A DNA stretch of 64,000 nt from an uncultured Nitrososphaerales archaeon (GTDB lineage Archaea; Thermoproteota; Nitrososphaeria; Nitrososphaerales; Nitrososphaeraceae). This document shows, one piece after another, positions 22,637 through 31,857 of this stretch; within the stretch, counting starts at the first letter, position 1, and every line of letters begins with the position of its first letter. The stretch is taken from contig CAVPXM010000063.1 in NCBI GenBank assembly GCA_963709405.1, positions 196,128 to 260,127 of the forward strand. The letters are read 5' to 3'. The position numbers were made by a program, and so were the translations under genes. A model generated the notes under the pieces. That model was given only the letters and a program-made list of their open reading frames with translations, was not told the origin of the DNA and did not search any database.

Positions 22637-23909
22637 ATTTAAATAACTTGGATAGCAATCTTAATAGCTCATCCTGATCTTGTCCATCCGTATCGATTTC
22701 CCTTCTAATGTTATTCATCGGAGCTGCTAGGATTCCTTCAACCAGGGCATGAGAAAGCTGTTCTATTACCCTTCTTTCCACCGGGCTAATGCTATTTCCG
22801 AGGATTGAAAGTGTTTTATAAAGTTCACGTTTCCTAATCGTATCTACATTTTTAAATACAGAAACTACAAGTGGCTCTACTTTTTTTCTTTTCAGCAATA
22901 TATCGACCGATTTCATCTCTGATTCTATGATCCTTTCTGCAGACACGATCTCCTTCTTTCGCAATCGAACATTTTTCTCCACTATCTCAGAAATCTGGTC
23001 CAAATTTATCAACTTAACTTTTCCAATTGCTGCTACACTCTCCTCTACCGTTCTCGGATTGGATAGGTCCAATATCATCATGCCCTTTTCTCTATTCTTC
23101 ATTGCCGTCTCAATTCTGCTATTAGTGATAAGAAAGTAAGGGGCGGTAGTAGAAAGAAAAACCAAATCAATGTCCGATAGCGATTCAAGTGCATTATCGA
23201 AAGTTACAGGGTCGCCCGCTACAGTGGCTGCAAAGGATTTAGCTCTCTCAAACGTCCTACTCGTAACTTGGAATTTAATTGCCCTCTGTCTCAAGGCCTT
23301 TGCAACTAAGCTTGCTCCCTCGCCTGAACCTATTAACAGGATTTTCTTGTCATTTAGACTGTCCAAATTCTCCTCGGCCAGGTTGACGGCCATTGACCCA
23401 ATAGAAACGCTGCCTTTGTTCACACCCGTAGTACTCCTGACCCGACTCCCGACTTTGACCGCCTTATCAAATATTATTGAAAGATCAGGACCGCCATAAT
23501 GATTCGTACGCGAAAAATCAAATGCTCGTTTCATCTGTCCCAGGATCTGATCTTCACCTACTACCAATGAATCCAATCCGGCGGCTAATCTAAGCAAATG
23601 TGATACAACATCCTTACCGATACTGATTTCTGCGATTTGGGTGAATTCTTCTGTTGATAACCCTACTTTTGATGCCCAAGTTTCTAACACTTTGCGTTCA
23701 CTTATAGTCTCACTGGCACCGAAGACTTCAACCCTGTTACAGGTTTGAACTATAACGCATTCATCCAGCTCAGCTTGTTGTCTAAATGACTCATATGCTG
23801 CGTTCAAATCTTTAAATGCAAATCTTTCAAGTAGATGTACCGGTGCATTCCTGAACGTAATTCTAACATTCAGAACTTGTAAGTAATTGCTTATCGAAGT
23901 TGTATTCAT
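22623..23909 (-). CDS. hemA: Glutamyl-tRNA reductase
   Basis: QTCNRVE, GLDSLVVGEDQILGQ, DLSNPR. Confidence 0.96.
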   Translation of the reverse strand: MNTTSISNYLQVLNVRITFRNAPVHLLERFAFKDLNAAYESFRQQAELDECVIVQTCNRVEVFGASETISERKVLETWASKVGLSTEEFTQIAEISIGKDVVSHLLRLAAGLDSLVVGEDQILGQMKRAFDFSRTNHYGGPDLSIIFDKAVKVGSRVRSTTGVNKGSVSIGSMAVNLAEENLDSLNDKKILLIGSGEGASLVAKALRQRAIKFQVTSRTFERAKSFAATVAGDPVTFDNALESLSDIDLVFLSTTAPYFLITNSRIETAMKNREKGMMILDLSNPRTVEESVAAIGKVKLINLDQISEIVEKNVRLRKKEIVSAERIIESEMKSVDILLKRKKVEPLVVSVFKNVDTIRKRELYKTLSILGNSISPVERRVIEQLSHALVEGILAAPMNNIRREIDTDGQDQDELLRLLSKLFKYEQK

Positions 23910-24577
23910 TGAAGACGGTCATTACTCCATCTGTTTAGCAAATTAAGAGTAGCAACTCTGGCCTCTTCGATTTTATTTTCCTTGAGCATGGCCTGAATAT
24001 GGTTATCGCCTTCTACACAATATAGAAATTCCTTTCTCTCCGTCACAGTCTCGATTTTTGATTTTGCTGCCTTCCTAGCAAATTCTTGCAATTTAGCCAT
24101 CTCGATATCTGTTTTTTTTATCACTCTGCGCAATACCCGTTCTGCCCTTATTCGAATTCTGCGAGCCATGATGGGACTTCGACCGGAAGTTGACACTGCT
24201 ATTTGCATTACATCCTCGATATTTATAATCGAAGCGTAGGAAAAATCGCTTACCGTCGGATCGTCTACTGCATATACGAAAGCACCCATCTTTCTGCCTT
24301 TCTCGACAAGCCGGCGATTCAGTTCCTTATCGTCCGTAGCAGCAATCACCAGAAAGATATCATCGTACGTATCAAGAACATCAACATCTCGCACCTTCGA
24401 CATTATAGTCATTATTTCCCCTCTTGCTTCTAGGTCTTTCAGGTATCGGTTTAGTCTGGGACTCAGAACAATAATCTTGCTGTTTTGTCCAATAAGGCCT
24501 CGAACTTTTCTCGTGCCCTCAGTTCCTCCACCAATAACGATAACCTTCTTATTATTTAGATTCAGGTCGACTAACAA
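23906..24577 (-). CDS. sirC: Precorrin-2 dehydrogenase/sirohydrochlorin ferrochelatase (SirC/Met8-like)
   Basis: VIGGG, AATDDKELN, VDDP, IAVSTSGRSP. Confidence 0.88.
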   Translation of the reverse strand: MLVDLNLNNKKVIVIGGGTEGTRKVRGLIGQNSKIIVLSPRLNRYLKDLEARGEIMTIMSKVRDVDVLDTYDDIFLVIAATDDKELNRRLVEKGRKMGAFVYAVDDPTVSDFSYASIINIEDVMQIAVSTSGRSPIMARRIRIRAERVLRRVIKKTDIEMAKLQEFARKAAKSKIETVTERKEFLYCVEGDNHIQAMLKENKIEEARVATLNLLNRWSNDRLQ

Positions 24578-24833
24578 CTATTGCACCAGAATTGAGGCAG
24601 TGAAAGTTATTCTTATCTTTATTTATTTGTTACATTATACAGAAGTGAAGCAATCCAGGGACGATAGCTCTTTGGCCCGCCCGCTATACAAATAATAATT
24701 CGCTAATTGGCATTTCCACATTAAACCTAATAGTGGGCATTGTAGCTACTATTATCGTTTTTCCTTGCTTCAACTCAAGAACGACATTTGAGCTAATTTA
24801 ATAGTCTTGATGCTCGTATTTTATTGGTAGCCT

Positions 24834-25823
24834 TTGGTCGAAGATAAGGAACTGAGACCCTTAGATTTGGGTAACATAGAAGAGATAGGAACGACGACAA
24901 GAGATCGACTCGAATTAGCGGGATTCAGATCAATCAAGGATTTGGTTGTAAGAGGACCAGTAGATGTTTCTGACGCTACAGGAATGGAAATTGAAAAGAC
25001 TGTCAACATATGTAATAAGGCGAGAAGTATTCTAGAAGATCTAGGGGTACTCGACAAAAGCTTCATTACAGCAACCATACTCTACGAAAAGCGTAAGAAT
25101 GCTGAAAGAATTTCGACTGGTTCTGCAAATCTCGATGAATTATTTGGAGGAGGTATTGAAACCAACGCGATTACCGAAATTTATGGGGAATACGGAACTG
25201 GTAAAACGCAAATATGCCATGTGTTAAGCACAATGGTATCTAGACCCAAATTAGAGGGTGGCTTAAATGCAAAAGTACTCTACATCGACACTGAAAATAC
25301 CTTCAGACCCGAGAGGATAGTGTCAATAGCAGAGGCAAGAACAATGGATCCAGAGAGATCTCTTGAACATATAATCGTCGCAAAGGCATATAACAGCGCT
25401 CATCAGGAATTAATTATCGAGCAAACTGGTCCAGTCATTGAAGATAATAACATAAAACTAGTCATAGTTGACTCCGCAGTGGCACATTATAGGGCCGAAT
25501 TTTTAGGAAGGGCGACGCTCTCAGAAAGGCAGCAGCGACTAAATAAGTTCATGCATACTCTTATAAGAATTGCTCAAACGTACAACGTAGCTCTTATAGC
25601 TACTAACCAAATTCAGTCATCTCCGGACGCAATATTTGGTGATCCTTATAGACCTACAGGCGGGCATGTCGTTGCACACACAAGTACTTATCGTGTTTAT
25701 CTTAAACGCTCAGGAAAGAATAGAATTGCGAGGATGGTAGACAGTCCATGCCACCCCGAAATAGAAACTCTATTTACCTTATCAGAGAAAGGGGTGGAAG
25801 ATCCTCAGCCAAATAGTAGATAA
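24834..25823 (+). CDS. radA: DNA repair and recombination protein RadA
   Basis: HhH N-terminus, GEYGTGKTQ, YIDTENTFRPER, VIVDS, GGHVVAH. Confidence 0.95.
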   Translation: MVEDKELRPLDLGNIEEIGTTTRDRLELAGFRSIKDLVVRGPVDVSDATGMEIEKTVNICNKARSILEDLGVLDKSFITATILYEKRKNAERISTGSANLDELFGGGIETNAITEIYGEYGTGKTQICHVLSTMVSRPKLEGGLNAKVLYIDTENTFRPERIVSIAEARTMDPERSLEHIIVAKAYNSAHQELIIEQTGPVIEDNNIKLVIVDSAVAHYRAEFLGRATLSERQQRLNKFMHTLIRIAQTYNVALIATNQIQSSPDAIFGDPYRPTGGHVVAHTSTYRVYLKRSGKNRIARMVDSPCHPEIETLFTLSEKGVEDPQPNSR

Positions 25824-25857
25824 TATTAAATTAAAGGCATATGGTAGTTAATCTGTC

Positions 25858-26160
25858 ATGCCCAAGTCACACGGTCCGAAGAGAAAGTCTCGCTCAATTT
25901 TAACTAAAAGTAAAATATCACACGGTATATCCTATCTCCTTATTAACTACAAAGCGGGTGACAAGGTTATCATTGACATTGATCCAAGAGAACACAACAC
26001 TATGCCTCATAGAAGATTTCAGGGTAAAGTAGGAACTATAACAGAAGTCGGAAAGAGGATTTTGAAGATTATAATTTATGCTGGATCAAAGAAGAAGACT
26101 TTGCAGACCAGACCTAATCACGTTAGACCCTTACACAATGATGAGAAAATTTCCCAATGA
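25858..26160 (+). CDS. rpl21e: 50S ribosomal protein eL21
   Basis: MPKSHG...MPHRRFQGKVG. Confidence 0.95.
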   Translation: MPKSHGPKRKSRSILTKSKISHGISYLLINYKAGDKVIIDIDPREHNTMPHRRFQGKVGTITEVGKRILKIIIYAGSKKKTLQTRPNHVRPLHNDEKISQ

Positions 26161-26489
26161 CTGATATTATTAAGAAGGAGGTTATTACCCTCCCAGAAGT
26201 AAAGGCATTGTTGGAAACTGTAAAACCTGAGGAGATGGATCAGATCCAAAGATGGACATACGATTATGTAGTTAAGTTTTCAAAATCAGACCATACGCGG
26301 TCTAATCAGATGAAAAAGGAAATGATAGAAAGATGCGACTTGAAAGAAGAAGAAGCAGCTGAAGTTATCAATATATTACCTCAATCTCTAGAAGAATTGA
26401 GGGCTTTTACATTTGGTTGGAAGAAACTCATTCTTACAGAAAATCTAGAAAAAATATTGAATATAATTAAGCAAACTTCTGAAAGTTAA
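26157..26489 (+). CDS. rpoF: RNA polymerase subunit Rpo4 (RpoF)
   Basis: ITLPEVK, YDYVVKFSK, INILPQSLEELR; conserved rpl21e-rpoF synteny. Confidence 0.9.
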   Translation: MTDIIKKEVITLPEVKALLETVKPEEMDQIQRWTYDYVVKFSKSDHTRSNQMKKEMIERCDLKEEEAAEVINILPQSLEELRAFTFGWKKLILTENLEKILNIIKQTSES

Positions 26490-26527
26490 ATAAAAAGTTA
26501 TTTCATAGTATTACTCGAGGAGATATT

Positions 26528-27157
26528 TTGTCAGATTCCCTGCCCAGGCGTTCTGAAGATGTTGTCGACAGAAGTTCAGAATCGAGCTCAGGTGGCTATC
26601 AACAACTGCCACAGAGGAAGTACGAAGAATACGCATACATTTTAGATTTCACACCCCGCGGCAAGTCCACTACAGTTAGGGGCAGGGAAGGTGTAATCGT
26701 ACAGTCAATTGGAGAAGAACACCTAACATTGTTAGAATTACTTGGAGATCAAAATGCGAATTTTGAGGTAGGCGAACGAGTATATATCGGTCGCGAAGGT
26801 CGTAGCAAGGTCATTAGTGTTCTTGGAAGGTTAGATTACGTCAATATATCTCAGTCTGCTAAATCTGAACTTCCGAGCATAGTTGAGAAGATAGTAACGT
26901 CTAATGAAAAACGATTCGTAGATTATATAAATATGGCACAGGCCCTTACTCCTAGGATTCACGCATTAGAACTGATTCCTGGAATAGGAAAAATCTATAT
27001 GATGACAATTATTAAAAAACGCGAAACAAGAAAATTTGCGTCGTTTGCGGATATACAAGATAGAGTCGGCTTAAGAGATCCAGCAAAATTGATAGCTAAA
27101 AGAATTATTGATGAAATAACTGGCACATCAAGGATGAATCTATTTGTGAGAAAATGA
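26528..27157 (+). CDS. DUF655 putative RNA-binding protein
   Basis: EEYAYILDF, GERVYIG, LELIPGIGK; synteny. Confidence 0.9.
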   Translation: MSDSLPRRSEDVVDRSSESSSGGYQQLPQRKYEEYAYILDFTPRGKSTTVRGREGVIVQSIGEEHLTLLELLGDQNANFEVGERVYIGREGRSKVISVLGRLDYVNISQSAKSELPSIVEKIVTSNEKRFVDYINMAQALTPRIHALELIPGIGKIYMMTIIKKRETRKFASFADIQDRVGLRDPAKLIAKRIIDEITGTSRMNLFVRK

Positions 27158-27876
27158 GAAGGTCTTGGAGGAGAACTTATGGTCAGCACATGCTTATAGA
27201 ACCTCCAATCATTCAAGATATTGTGAATTCTGCACATTTAACTGGAATTGAGTCGGTTTGTGAACTCGGTACTGGCAGTGGAGCGTTGACGACAGAACTT
27301 TGCAAAAAGGCCAGATCAGTGACTTCATTTGAAATTGATAGAATTCTCTTCGAAAAGGCAAAAAATCTCCTCAACCGCTTTTCCAATTTAACACTCGTAA
27401 ATGCAGATCTGCTCAGGTCATCTAAACTCGATTTCGATGTCTTTGCATCTAACATTCCTTACTCCAGAAGCAAGAGGGTACTAGAGTGGTTATCAATGCA
27501 AAAAATGGATCAAGCGATCATAATGCTTCAAGCAGAGTTTGCAGAAAAACTACAATCACGAGTAGGCGAGAAGAACTATCGCGCGATAACAGTGATATGT
27601 AAGTATAGTTTCCATGTTAGGAAGTTGTTCGAAGTGTCCAAGAAGGCATTCTATCCTATGCCAAACGTTGAATCCGTGGTTTTACAGCTAATCCCTAAGA
27701 ATACCCCAAGATTGACATTAGCAATAATCAAAAATTTAGAAATTATTTTTTCGCAAAGAAGCCGTAAAGCATCCGTTCTCAGCAATAAATTTCGAATAAA
27801 CCCGCGTGTACTTAACTTCAGGATCGATCACCTTGATTTCGATCAGATGGTAGATATCGCGAAATCTGCCAAATAA
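27154..27876 (+). CDS. rsmA: 16S rRNA adenine dimethyltransferase (KsgA/Dim1)
   Basis: GQH, ELGTGSGALT, FEID, SNIPY, FYPMPNVES. Confidence 0.9.
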   Translation: MRRSWRRTYGQHMLIEPPIIQDIVNSAHLTGIESVCELGTGSGALTTELCKKARSVTSFEIDRILFEKAKNLLNRFSNLTLVNADLLRSSKLDFDVFASNIPYSRSKRVLEWLSMQKMDQAIIMLQAEFAEKLQSRVGEKNYRAITVICKYSFHVRKLFEVSKKAFYPMPNVESVVLQLIPKNTPRLTLAIIKNLEIIFSQRSRKASVLSNKFRINPRVLNFRIDHLDFDQMVDIAKSAK

Positions 27877-28043
27877 TGAGCTGTGGGATCGAAGATATTT
27901 TCACATTTTGGTGAATTGGCATGATTACCCTTACTGTGGGGCTAGTGATTACACTGCATCCTGAAAGTTAAGTGTCCACGTTCGTTAAAGCAAGCTCAAG
28001 AGAAATTTTTATAGAGAGTTCTACCTCTAATTGTACCAAATAG

Positions 28044-28577
28044 TTGTATATCCCTGCCGAAGATTCTTACCTTCTTGCAGAGGCAGTGAAGAAGTATAGT
28101 GGTGAATACGCTTTAGAGATCGGTGTGGGCTCTGGAATCGTTTTAGATAACCTATGTAATAGTTTTAGGATTGTCGCTGGAACGGATATTCATTTTGAGT
28201 CGCTTGTCTATTGTCGTACGAATATCTCTAAAGAAGTGACTTTGGTATGTTGTGATGCAGCTTCTGCATTAACTGGTAGATTTGATTTGATAGTGACAAA
28301 TCCTCCCTATCTACCTCAAGACAATATAGGAACTAAAGATAGTACAATATATGGAGGAATAAAAGGCTCAGAAGTAGTATCGTATTTTATACGGTCTTCA
28401 GTACCCCTGCTAAATGTAAATGGAAAAATCTTGATAGTCTTATCGAATTTGTCAAACATAGCACAATTAGACTCGCTGTCTAGAAGAATGAGTCTTGCCA
28501 CAAGGGTAGTAAGTAAGAGGAACTTCTTCTTTGAAACTCTTTATGTATTTGAGATCTCATGTGAATCTAATCCTTGA
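28044..28577 (+). CDS. HemK2/MTQ2 family protein methyltransferase
   Basis: YIPAEDSYLL, LEIGVGSG, NPPY. Confidence 0.9.
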   Translation: MYIPAEDSYLLAEAVKKYSGEYALEIGVGSGIVLDNLCNSFRIVAGTDIHFESLVYCRTNISKEVTLVCCDAASALTGRFDLIVTNPPYLPQDNIGTKDSTIYGGIKGSEVVSYFIRSSVPLLNVNGKILIVLSNLSNIAQLDSLSRRMSLATRVVSKRNFFFETLYVFEISCESNP

Positions 28578-28583
28578 CCCTTT

Positions 28584-29609
28584 TCACTTCCTTAACAGCA
28601 TCGATGCCTTTATTGAGATTTCTTCTGCCATCCTGGACAGAGAAGCTGCTCCGCCTAAATCATATGTTACATACTTGTTTTCATTGATGACAGATTCTGT
28701 AGCCCTAAAAATCGCCTCTGATATTGATATTTCTCCTAGATATGCAACTAACCACGCCCCAGACAAGATAGTTGCAACTGGATTGACGATATCTTTCTTG
28801 GCGTATTTTGGAGCACTACCATGAGCTGGTTCAAACATCGCGTATGAGTCACCATAATTACCGGAATACACATTCCCTATTGATCCAACGTTCCCCGACG
28901 CGCACTCTGAAACAATATCCATAAATAAATTGGTACTCAATAATACACTTTGATTGAATCTTTCAGGGTTCTTCACAAGTTGTTGCGTGATATTATCGAT
29001 ATAATATTCCTCGACTTGAATATCTTTGAATTCCTGTCGCCATTTTTCCACCGATGACCAAAATATTCCGTCTGTTTCCTTCAGAATATTCCTTTTAGTA
29101 ATCGCGTAGATTCTTTTAAACCCGCGATCTTGAGCTAGTTGAAAACCCTTTCGAGCCACTCGATCGCAACACTTCCTGGTTATCTTTCGAATTGCAATCG
29201 CTGAATCATCTGACGTTCTAAATTCGATCCCTGCATACAATCCTTCTGTGGCCTCGCGCACGCAGGTAAAGTCTAATTGTTGAGGTGAATTTGCGTAAGT
29301 CTTAATTGGACGAACGTTTGCATATAGTTCAAATTTTTGTCTAATGCTTACGGCGACACTCCTAGGTGCATCGGGAACAGGAATGGTAGTTGTAGGACCC
29401 TTAAAACAGGCATCACTAGATTTAAGCAAATTCCAGACCTCATCCGAAATGTAACTATCTCCATTATTCTTCTCCCACCACTCAGAACCTGCATCACATA
29501 AAATCAATTCACTGGTACTATTACACTTTTTAAGCACATTTAACATCGCATTTACTAGTTCTGGTCCGGTCCCGTCACCTCGTATGACAGCAGCAGTCTT
29601 GTTTACCAA
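28584..29609 (-). CDS. Isocitrate/isopropylmalate dehydrogenase family protein
   Basis: GDGTGPE, FKGP, YANVRP, REATEGLY, FEPAHGSAP. Confidence 0.92.
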   Translation of the reverse strand: MVNKTAAVIRGDGTGPELVNAMLNVLKKCNSTSELILCDAGSEWWEKNNGDSYISDEVWNLLKSSDACFKGPTTTIPVPDAPRSVAVSIRQKFELYANVRPIKTYANSPQQLDFTCVREATEGLYAGIEFRTSDDSAIAIRKITRKCCDRVARKGFQLAQDRGFKRIYAITKRNILKETDGIFWSSVEKWRQEFKDIQVEEYYIDNITQQLVKNPERFNQSVLLSTNLFMDIVSECASGNVGSIGNVYSGNYGDSYAMFEPAHGSAPKYAKKDIVNPVATILSGAWLVAYLGEISISEAIFRATESVINENKYVTYDLGGAASLSRMAEEISIKASMLLRK

Positions 29610-29647
29610 ATGAAACCAATCAAAAGCAAAATGCTTACTACTTATAT

Positions 29648-30241
29648 CTATTTTGGAGACAATTCTATCCTAGCAACCATTTCATTGGTGAAAGGAGGGA
29701 AATGCGACGGGGAACTGACCTCGGTAAACCCTCCTTTTTCAGAATAATAGGAATATTTGATGTTGTAATCTTTGAGTGTAACTAGGCGCTCTTGTGAAGT
29801 ACCCGTCGAATTGTCTACAACAGAAATCGTTTTGTTAGTTGGTGAATATATTTTCATAAAGTCTACCATAGATAGTCTAATAGGTCTGATATATTCAATA
29901 TGTAGTCTATTACCAATTGCATCAGTATGTATAACGTGAAGACATTCCTTACCTGAAGATATCGTCTTTCCCACTGCATTTGGAAGTTGTTCTTGCTTTC
30001 CATTAATTACGACTTGCACCGTTGGATAAAGGTTGAAACTATCGACGTTATGCGCTTTAAGACAAATCTTTGTTGGAATAGGTGGAGGAGCGAAATGAGG
30101 AATAATTACAAGGGCTACCAATAATGACGCGCCCATCGCAATAGGAGCTATCAGGATCTCCTTTTTACCCAATCTCTTCGGAGGTTTCTCCTCTTTCACT
30201 TTTCGCTTAGGCATGTCCCGTGTTTCATAGTTTAATCCCAT
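29648..30241 (-). CDS. Membrane-anchored hypothetical protein
   Basis: One TM helix, then C...CLHVIHTD...LHIE. Confidence 0.7.
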   Translation of the reverse strand: MGLNYETRDMPKRKVKEEKPPKRLGKKEILIAPIAMGASLLVALVIIPHFAPPPIPTKICLKAHNVDSFNLYPTVQVVINGKQEQLPNAVGKTISSGKECLHVIHTDAIGNRLHIEYIRPIRLSMVDFMKIYSPTNKTISVVDNSTGTSQERLVTLKDYNIKYSYYSEKGGFTEVSSPSHFPPFTNEMVARIELSPK

Positions 30242-30327
30242 CTATTATTGCTATTATTACTTTACGTCTAATCTTAATCCATATCTTATTAATATCTGGA
30301 ACAGTTATTAATTGCCTGACGTATTGA

Positions 30328-31077
30328 GTGAAATTAGTCCAAATATCCGATATACACATTGGTAGTCTCTTTAGGCAGGACGTATTTGACTTAGTTGTCA
30401 AGGAGACGAATGAGATAAAACCAGATGCGATTATTATTAGTGGGGATTTAACCGATGATGGGCTGCTTTTTCAATTCGAACGAGCTCGTAAGGAAATTGC
30501 GAGATTTGATTGTCAAAATAAGATAATACTAGCTGGAAATCATGATTACCGTCACACAGGGTATCTAATTTTCAAGAAGCTCTTTCCTTCAAGACTTGTC
30601 TATGAGTTTGACGAAGCTGTAATCCTTACGCTTGGTACAGCAAGACCAGATAGAGATGAGGGTGAGGTTGGATATAGGCAAAACCAGTGGTTAGAAAAAA
30701 ATATGGATAGGTACACACAAACGAAGGTAAAAATCGTGGCTATGCATCATCATTTGATTGGAATACCGGACACAGGTACTGATAAGATTATAATACTTGA
30801 TGCCGGTGACACTTTAAGGTCTTGTCTCCAATCCAAAGTTAACCTGGTTCTCTGCGGTCACAAGCATAGACCATGGCTTTGGAAGTTAGGATCTTTAAAT
30901 ATAGCGTATGCTGGAACAGCATCATCACTAAGATTTAGAGGCTTTTTTGAGAACGCATATAATATTATAACGATAAAGGATGGAAAACAAACTATAGAGA
31001 TCAAGATAGTAGGGGGCGGCAAGATGCCTCTTGCAGACTTGGTTGATAAATATAAGCCATTTCTGGAAGGATCGTAA
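30328..31077 (+). CDS. Calcineurin-like metallophosphoesterase
   Basis: SDIH, GDLTD, GNHD, HHH, GHKH. Confidence 0.93.
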   Translation: MKLVQISDIHIGSLFRQDVFDLVVKETNEIKPDAIIISGDLTDDGLLFQFERARKEIARFDCQNKIILAGNHDYRHTGYLIFKKLFPSRLVYEFDEAVILTLGTARPDRDEGEVGYRQNQWLEKNMDRYTQTKVKIVAMHHHLIGIPDTGTDKIIILDAGDTLRSCLQSKVNLVLCGHKHRPWLWKLGSLNIAYAGTASSLRFRGFFENAYNIITIKDGKQTIEIKIVGGGKMPLADLVDKYKPFLEGS

Positions 31078-31188
31078 CTATCTGAACCTTGAGCTGCATG
31101 AGACACTTGATCAAAGGCATATTATATTTTCTGGCATATCGACCTCTTCATTCCGGTGTAATCGCTTTTTCATTATTCAATATTTTGA

Positions 31189-31632
31189 GTGGGATTCGAT
31201 GACTTGATTTCCATTTATATCGATGGAGCAAGTAGAGGGAATCCTGGCCTTTCAGGAATAGGCGTTGTAATTGTGAAAGACCACTCCAAGATAAAGGAGA
31301 TAACAGAATTTGTGGGCACAAAAACTAACAATAGGGCTGAATATCTTGCACTAAAAAAAGCCCTCGAGGTCGCGATTGAGATTGACGATGAGGTTACGGT
31401 TTTTTCAGATAGCAAACTAGTGGTCCAACAAAGGAATAGACAGTACAAGATAAGAAATAAAGAATTGAAAATTTTGGCTAGAGAAATATCAAATTTGGAA
31501 CGTAAGTATAAGGTTATTATTTATAAACATATACCTAGACAAGAGAACCGATTAGCAGATCTATTAGCGAATAGAGCTATAGAAGACGAGCTAAATATAT
31601 CCAACAGCGAGCTTACGATCGGATGGCAGTGA
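31189..31632 (+). CDS. rnhA: Ribonuclease HI (archaeal type)
   Basis: YIDGASRGNPG, TNNRAEY, SDSKLV, REN/QEN..AD.LAN. Confidence 0.92.
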   Translation: MGFDDLISIYIDGASRGNPGLSGIGVVIVKDHSKIKEITEFVGTKTNNRAEYLALKKALEVAIEIDDEVTVFSDSKLVVQQRNRQYKIRNKELKILAREISNLERKYKVIIYKHIPRQENRLADLLANRAIEDELNISNSELTIGWQ

Positions 31633-31693
31633 TGACGACTCAGAGTTAACCTGAATAAGTAATGTGTGGAGAAGGCATTTATCCGAGCTGCCA
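31624..31693 (+). ncRNA. Candidate box C/D guide sRNA overlapping the rnhA stop codon
   Basis: C GTGATGA 31629-35; D' CTGA 31651-54; C'-like GTGGAGA 31666-72; variant D CCGA 31683-86; flanking complementarity TGGCAG/CTGCCA. Confidence 0.6.
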
Positions 31694-31857
31694 CCTGTAA
31701 TCCTTCTGAGACTAAAACATAATGTCTCCTATCTTTGGCTTTTATAATACTATTTTTTATCAGGATAATTTAGCCAGTCCAGCAATATGACAATCATATC
31801 ATCATTTGCTAGGTTTTAACAAGAGTTATAAGATCTGAAATCTTAGTTGATGTTTAA

